A stretch of DNA of 64,000 bases from an uncultured Chloroflexia bacterium (lineage in GTDB: Bacteria > Chloroflexota > Anaerolineae > CG2-30-64-16): NCBI GenBank assembly GCA_963774265.1, contig CAVZDU010000002.1, forward strand, positions 576,001 to 640,000, read 5' to 3'. Below are positions 61,275 through 64,000 of this stretch, one piece after another (position 1 is the first letter of the stretch; each line of letters starts with the position of its first letter). The translations under genes were made by a program, and so were the position numbers. A model generated the notes under the pieces. The model searched no databases. It was not told the DNA's origin and saw only the letters and a list, made by a program, of their open reading frames with translations.

Positions 61275-62123
61275 TCAAGAGCCGAGGGCAGCCACCCGAA
61301 AACCGCGGCCGACATTCCGACAGTCCGCATAGAACCCGTAGCGGCAGGCGCAGCGCACGCCCTGAGCGTCGATCATGAACGATCCGCCGCGCGCGACGCG
61401 CGCTATTGTATCCGGCGCGGTTGAGTTCTCTCGTCCATCGCCAATATCGTATGGGTAGCCAAAGTCGGGTTTGCTCTTATCCTTCCCCCACAGGCTGCTG
61501 GTCCACTCCCACACGTTGCCCACAATGTCGAGAAGACCATACGGGCTCTTACCATCGGGATAACGGCCCACCGGCGTCGTATCCCCGACGCTCAGATCGA
61601 AGTTACACAGATCGGTGCTCGGCTCCTGGTTCCCCCACGGCCAGACGCGGCCTTCTGGCCCACGCGCAGCCTTCTCCCACTCGGCCTCGTTCGGCAGCCG
61701 CACACCCGCCCAACGACAAAACACCATCGCATCAAGCCATGAAACGCAGGTAACAGGGTGATCCTCTCTACCCATCCCATCGCTTTCTGGCCCACGTGGG
61801 TGTGCCCAATCGGCGCCCCTGAGGTGCTGCCACTCCGAGCCGGTCCAACTCCACACCCAACCTACTCTTTCGGCGGTTGTACGGTAATCCGGGTTGGCAG
61901 CTATAAACGCGGCGAACTGGACCAGTGTAACTGGTACACGGGCGATGCGGTAGTCGGGCAGATACATTGTATGCTGCGGCATCTCATCGTCGTAGGCCAG
62001 GCCGTCCTTCGCCTTGTCGCTGCCCATCAGGAAGTCGCCGGCGGGGATGGTGATCCAATCAAAGTCAATCGGCCCGCGCCTCAACGCAGGAGGCGCCGCC
62101 TCTTGTGTGTCGGGAGCGTTCAT
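61275..62123 (-). CDS. FGE-sulfatase (SUMF1/C-lectin-fold) domain protein without the FGE catalytic Cys motif
   Basis: IPAGDFLMGS, E.PQH, HPVTCVSW, RLPNEAEWEKAARG, GNVWEW, RGGSF, GFRV. Confidence 0.9.
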   Translation of the reverse strand: MNAPDTQEAAPPALRRGPIDFDWITIPAGDFLMGSDKAKDGLAYDDEMPQHTMYLPDYRIARVPVTLVQFAAFIAANPDYRTTAERVGWVWSWTGSEWQHLRGADWAHPRGPESDGMGREDHPVTCVSWLDAMVFCRWAGVRLPNEAEWEKAARGPEGRVWPWGNQEPSTDLCNFDLSVGDTTPVGRYPDGKSPYGLLDIVGNVWEWTSSLWGKDKSKPDFGYPYDIGDGRENSTAPDTIARVARGGSFMIDAQGVRCACRYGFYADCRNVGRGFRVAALGS

Positions 62124-62296
62124 GCCTTCATCCTCCGATTCGGTGCTTGGCGACAACAGTTTACCATAGCCCCCGGGTCGGAGCACGATCTCGGACAAGG
62201 GAGTGGGGGGCAAAGCACGCGTTCAAGGCTGCCTTCACGGCCATATGTTGAAAAAGCGACATCTGACAACTCTAGCGCACAGCCTTCTGCGACGGG

Positions 62297-62325
62297 TTGC
62301 AAGATCGAGGCAATCTCGTTATAAT
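62297..62325 (+). promoter_or_regulatory. Sigma70-type promoter upstream of mod
   Basis: TTGCAA-17 bp-TATAAT. Confidence 0.5.
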
Positions 62326-62560
62326 CGGCGCGGTCAGGCAATGAGGCGAGGAAATGATGGTTGGCTGGTCTCACGCCTGTGATCCTGACGAGAGTCCAGG
62401 ATCTGGGGCACTTCTGCCATTGTCTCATGACCCGCGGTAGCGGGACAGCGCTTTTGTTCATGCAGACAAACCAGGCTGGGCCCCTCTCCTGGAGCTTCGG
62501 CCTTTCTCTTTCTTGCCCAGCACGGCATACGTTCATTGAAGCTGACTGTAAAGGCGACTC

Positions 62561-63260
62561 ATGCCCACCCTGAACTGGATCGGAAAAGACGCGGTGGTCA
62601 ACTACGACCAGCAAGTCCCTTACCGCCTCTTGCGCTGCCACGCGAAGCTGTCGGTAGGCGATGCGATGGACGGCAACCTCCTTATCGAGGGCGACAACCT
62701 CCACGCGCTCAAGGCACTCCTGCCCTATTACGCAGGCAAGGTCAAATGCATCTACATTGATCCTCCATATAACACGGGCAACGAAGGCTGGGTGTACAAC
62801 GACGCAGTCAACGCACCGGAGACGAAGGCTTGGCTGGCGGACACGCTATCCGGCCAAGCGGTCAGGGTGGACGACCTGTCGCGCCACGACAAGTGGCTAT
62901 GCATGATGTATCCACGCTTGGTACTACTCTACCAGATGCTCCGCGAAGATGGAGCGATTTTCGTCAGCATTGATGACAACGAAGTGCAAGCGCTTCGCTA
63001 CGTCCTAGATGAGATTTTCGGGGCACAGAACTTCATCGCCACAGTGATCTGGCAAAAAATGGATAGTCCCAAGAACATGGCCAGACATCTGAGCGAGGAT
63101 CATGACTATGTCGTTATTTACGCAAAAAGGGGCGCCGAGTGGCGCCCAAACAAACTACCGCGTACAGAGGCCATGACTGCTCGCTATCAGAATCCCGATA
63201 ATGATCCGCGTGGACCCTGGCTGTTGAGCGATCTTGCCGCCCGGAATTTCTATACCCTAG
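62561..63260 (+). pseudogene. mod: Type III R-M Mod-like N6-adenine methyltransferase, interrupted by IS1182
   Basis: MPTLNWIGK, LIEGDNL..LK, IYIDPPYNTG, WLCMMYPRL, SIDDNE, NPDNDPRGPW; homology stops at ~63260 before FxGxG. Confidence 0.85.
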
Positions 63261-64000
63261 CAGCCTGTCGGAGAGTTGCCACTGTGGGACAGGCTGAATC
63301 GTGATACACTGGTCGCATGACCAGAAAATTCAAGACGGTTGACTACGAAGCGGCTCTCGATCAGACGGTCAGTCTGCGAGAAGCGTTGCCGGCCAATCAT
63401 CTGGCTCGGTTCGTGGTAGAGTTGGTGGCCCAGCTCGGATTTAACCAACATCTACCAACGCTATGGAGCACACGGCGGCGAAGCCTATGCGCCGGAGATC
63501 CTGCTGGCGCTGTTGTTTTACGGCTACGCCACTGGCGTGTTCAGTTCCCGCAAGATCGAAAGGGCGACCTACGAGACGTTGCCTTTCCGGTTTGTAGCGG
63601 GCGGGCTGCATCCCGATCACGACACGCTGGCGAACTTTCGCAAGACGTTTCGGGTCGAGATCAAAGAGCTGTTCGTGCAAGTGCTGTTTCTGGCCCAGGC
63701 TACTGGCTACTTCAAGCTTGGCAACATCAGCATGGATGGCACCAAGGTGCATGCCAATGCTTCCAAGAGCAAGGCGATCAGCTTCAAACGGCTGCTGGAA
63801 CTGGAAGCCCACTTGCGGGCCGAAGTGGACCAGTTGTTCATCCTAGCTGAACAGGCGGACCGCCACGAACTGCCGGACGCCATGAATGTCGCCGACGAGA
63901 TCACTTTACGACAGGAACGTCTTGAGCGGTTGGCCGAGGCCAAGAAGGTGCTGCAAGCCCGGGCGCAGGAGCGACAGGCGGCCGAGCAGGCCGAGTACGA
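63260..64000 (+). mobile_element. IS1182-family element (left part); transposase from 63317, frameshifted, runs off the window
   Basis: NHLARFV, AYAP..LL..YGYATGVFSSRKIE, PDHDTLANFR, MDGTKVHANAS; starts after CTAG with GCAGCCTGTCGG. Confidence 0.88.

Noticed and set aside
55379-62123. Dual aerobic (FGE) and anaerobic (anSME) sulfatase maturation
   Set aside because: The FGE-domain protein lacks the catalytic CxxxxC motif after RGGSF, so it is unlikely to generate formylglycine
62375-62410. CTGACGA inside a hairpin as a hammerhead ribozyme or riboswitch in the mod leader
   Set aside because: No GAAA after a stem II and no recognisable riboswitch consensus

Overview
High-GC bacterial DNA. The gene families (BTAD-AAA-TPR regulator, Pro/Thr-rich lipoprotein linkers, 'VPGT' palindromic inserts) suggest Chloroflexota/Anaerolineae-like origin; this is inference only. 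Many single-base frameshifts split otherwise intact genes and are most likely assembly errors. Blocks in order: (1) 0.1-13.8 kb, a GntR-controlled operon joining a xanthine-dehydrogenase-type Mo enzyme, a corrinoid protein plus a pyrrolysine-free MtmB homologue, a divergent PreA/DHOD-like flavoprotein, an AOR and YgeW/YgeY/SsnA-like anaerobic purine-catabolism enzymes (best candidate for an undescribed pathway, possibly anaerobic N-methyl-purine breakdown); (2) pstS-arsC-pstCAB-phoU with a Pho-box-like promoter; (3) SARP-type regulator, tautomerase, IS5 relic and a ~1800-aa LVIVD/beta-helix secreted protein; (4) fused DUF3100 transporter, non-canonical SHMT and two M20 hydrolases; (5) a 14-kb signalling locus (MinD-like ATPase, hybrid kinase, Hpt, permease carrying a winged helix, REC-HAMP protein, two cNMP-binding proteins, tandem ATP-grasp-like ligases); (6) GT-C membrane protein, zinc-ribbon protein, sulfatase with anSME, an IS256-like element with both ends and TSD, an FGE/C-lectin-fold gene with DGR-like codons, and a type III Mod gene cut by IS1182. 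No rRNA, tRNA or CRISPR array was seen. All family calls come from motif recognition, not database searches.
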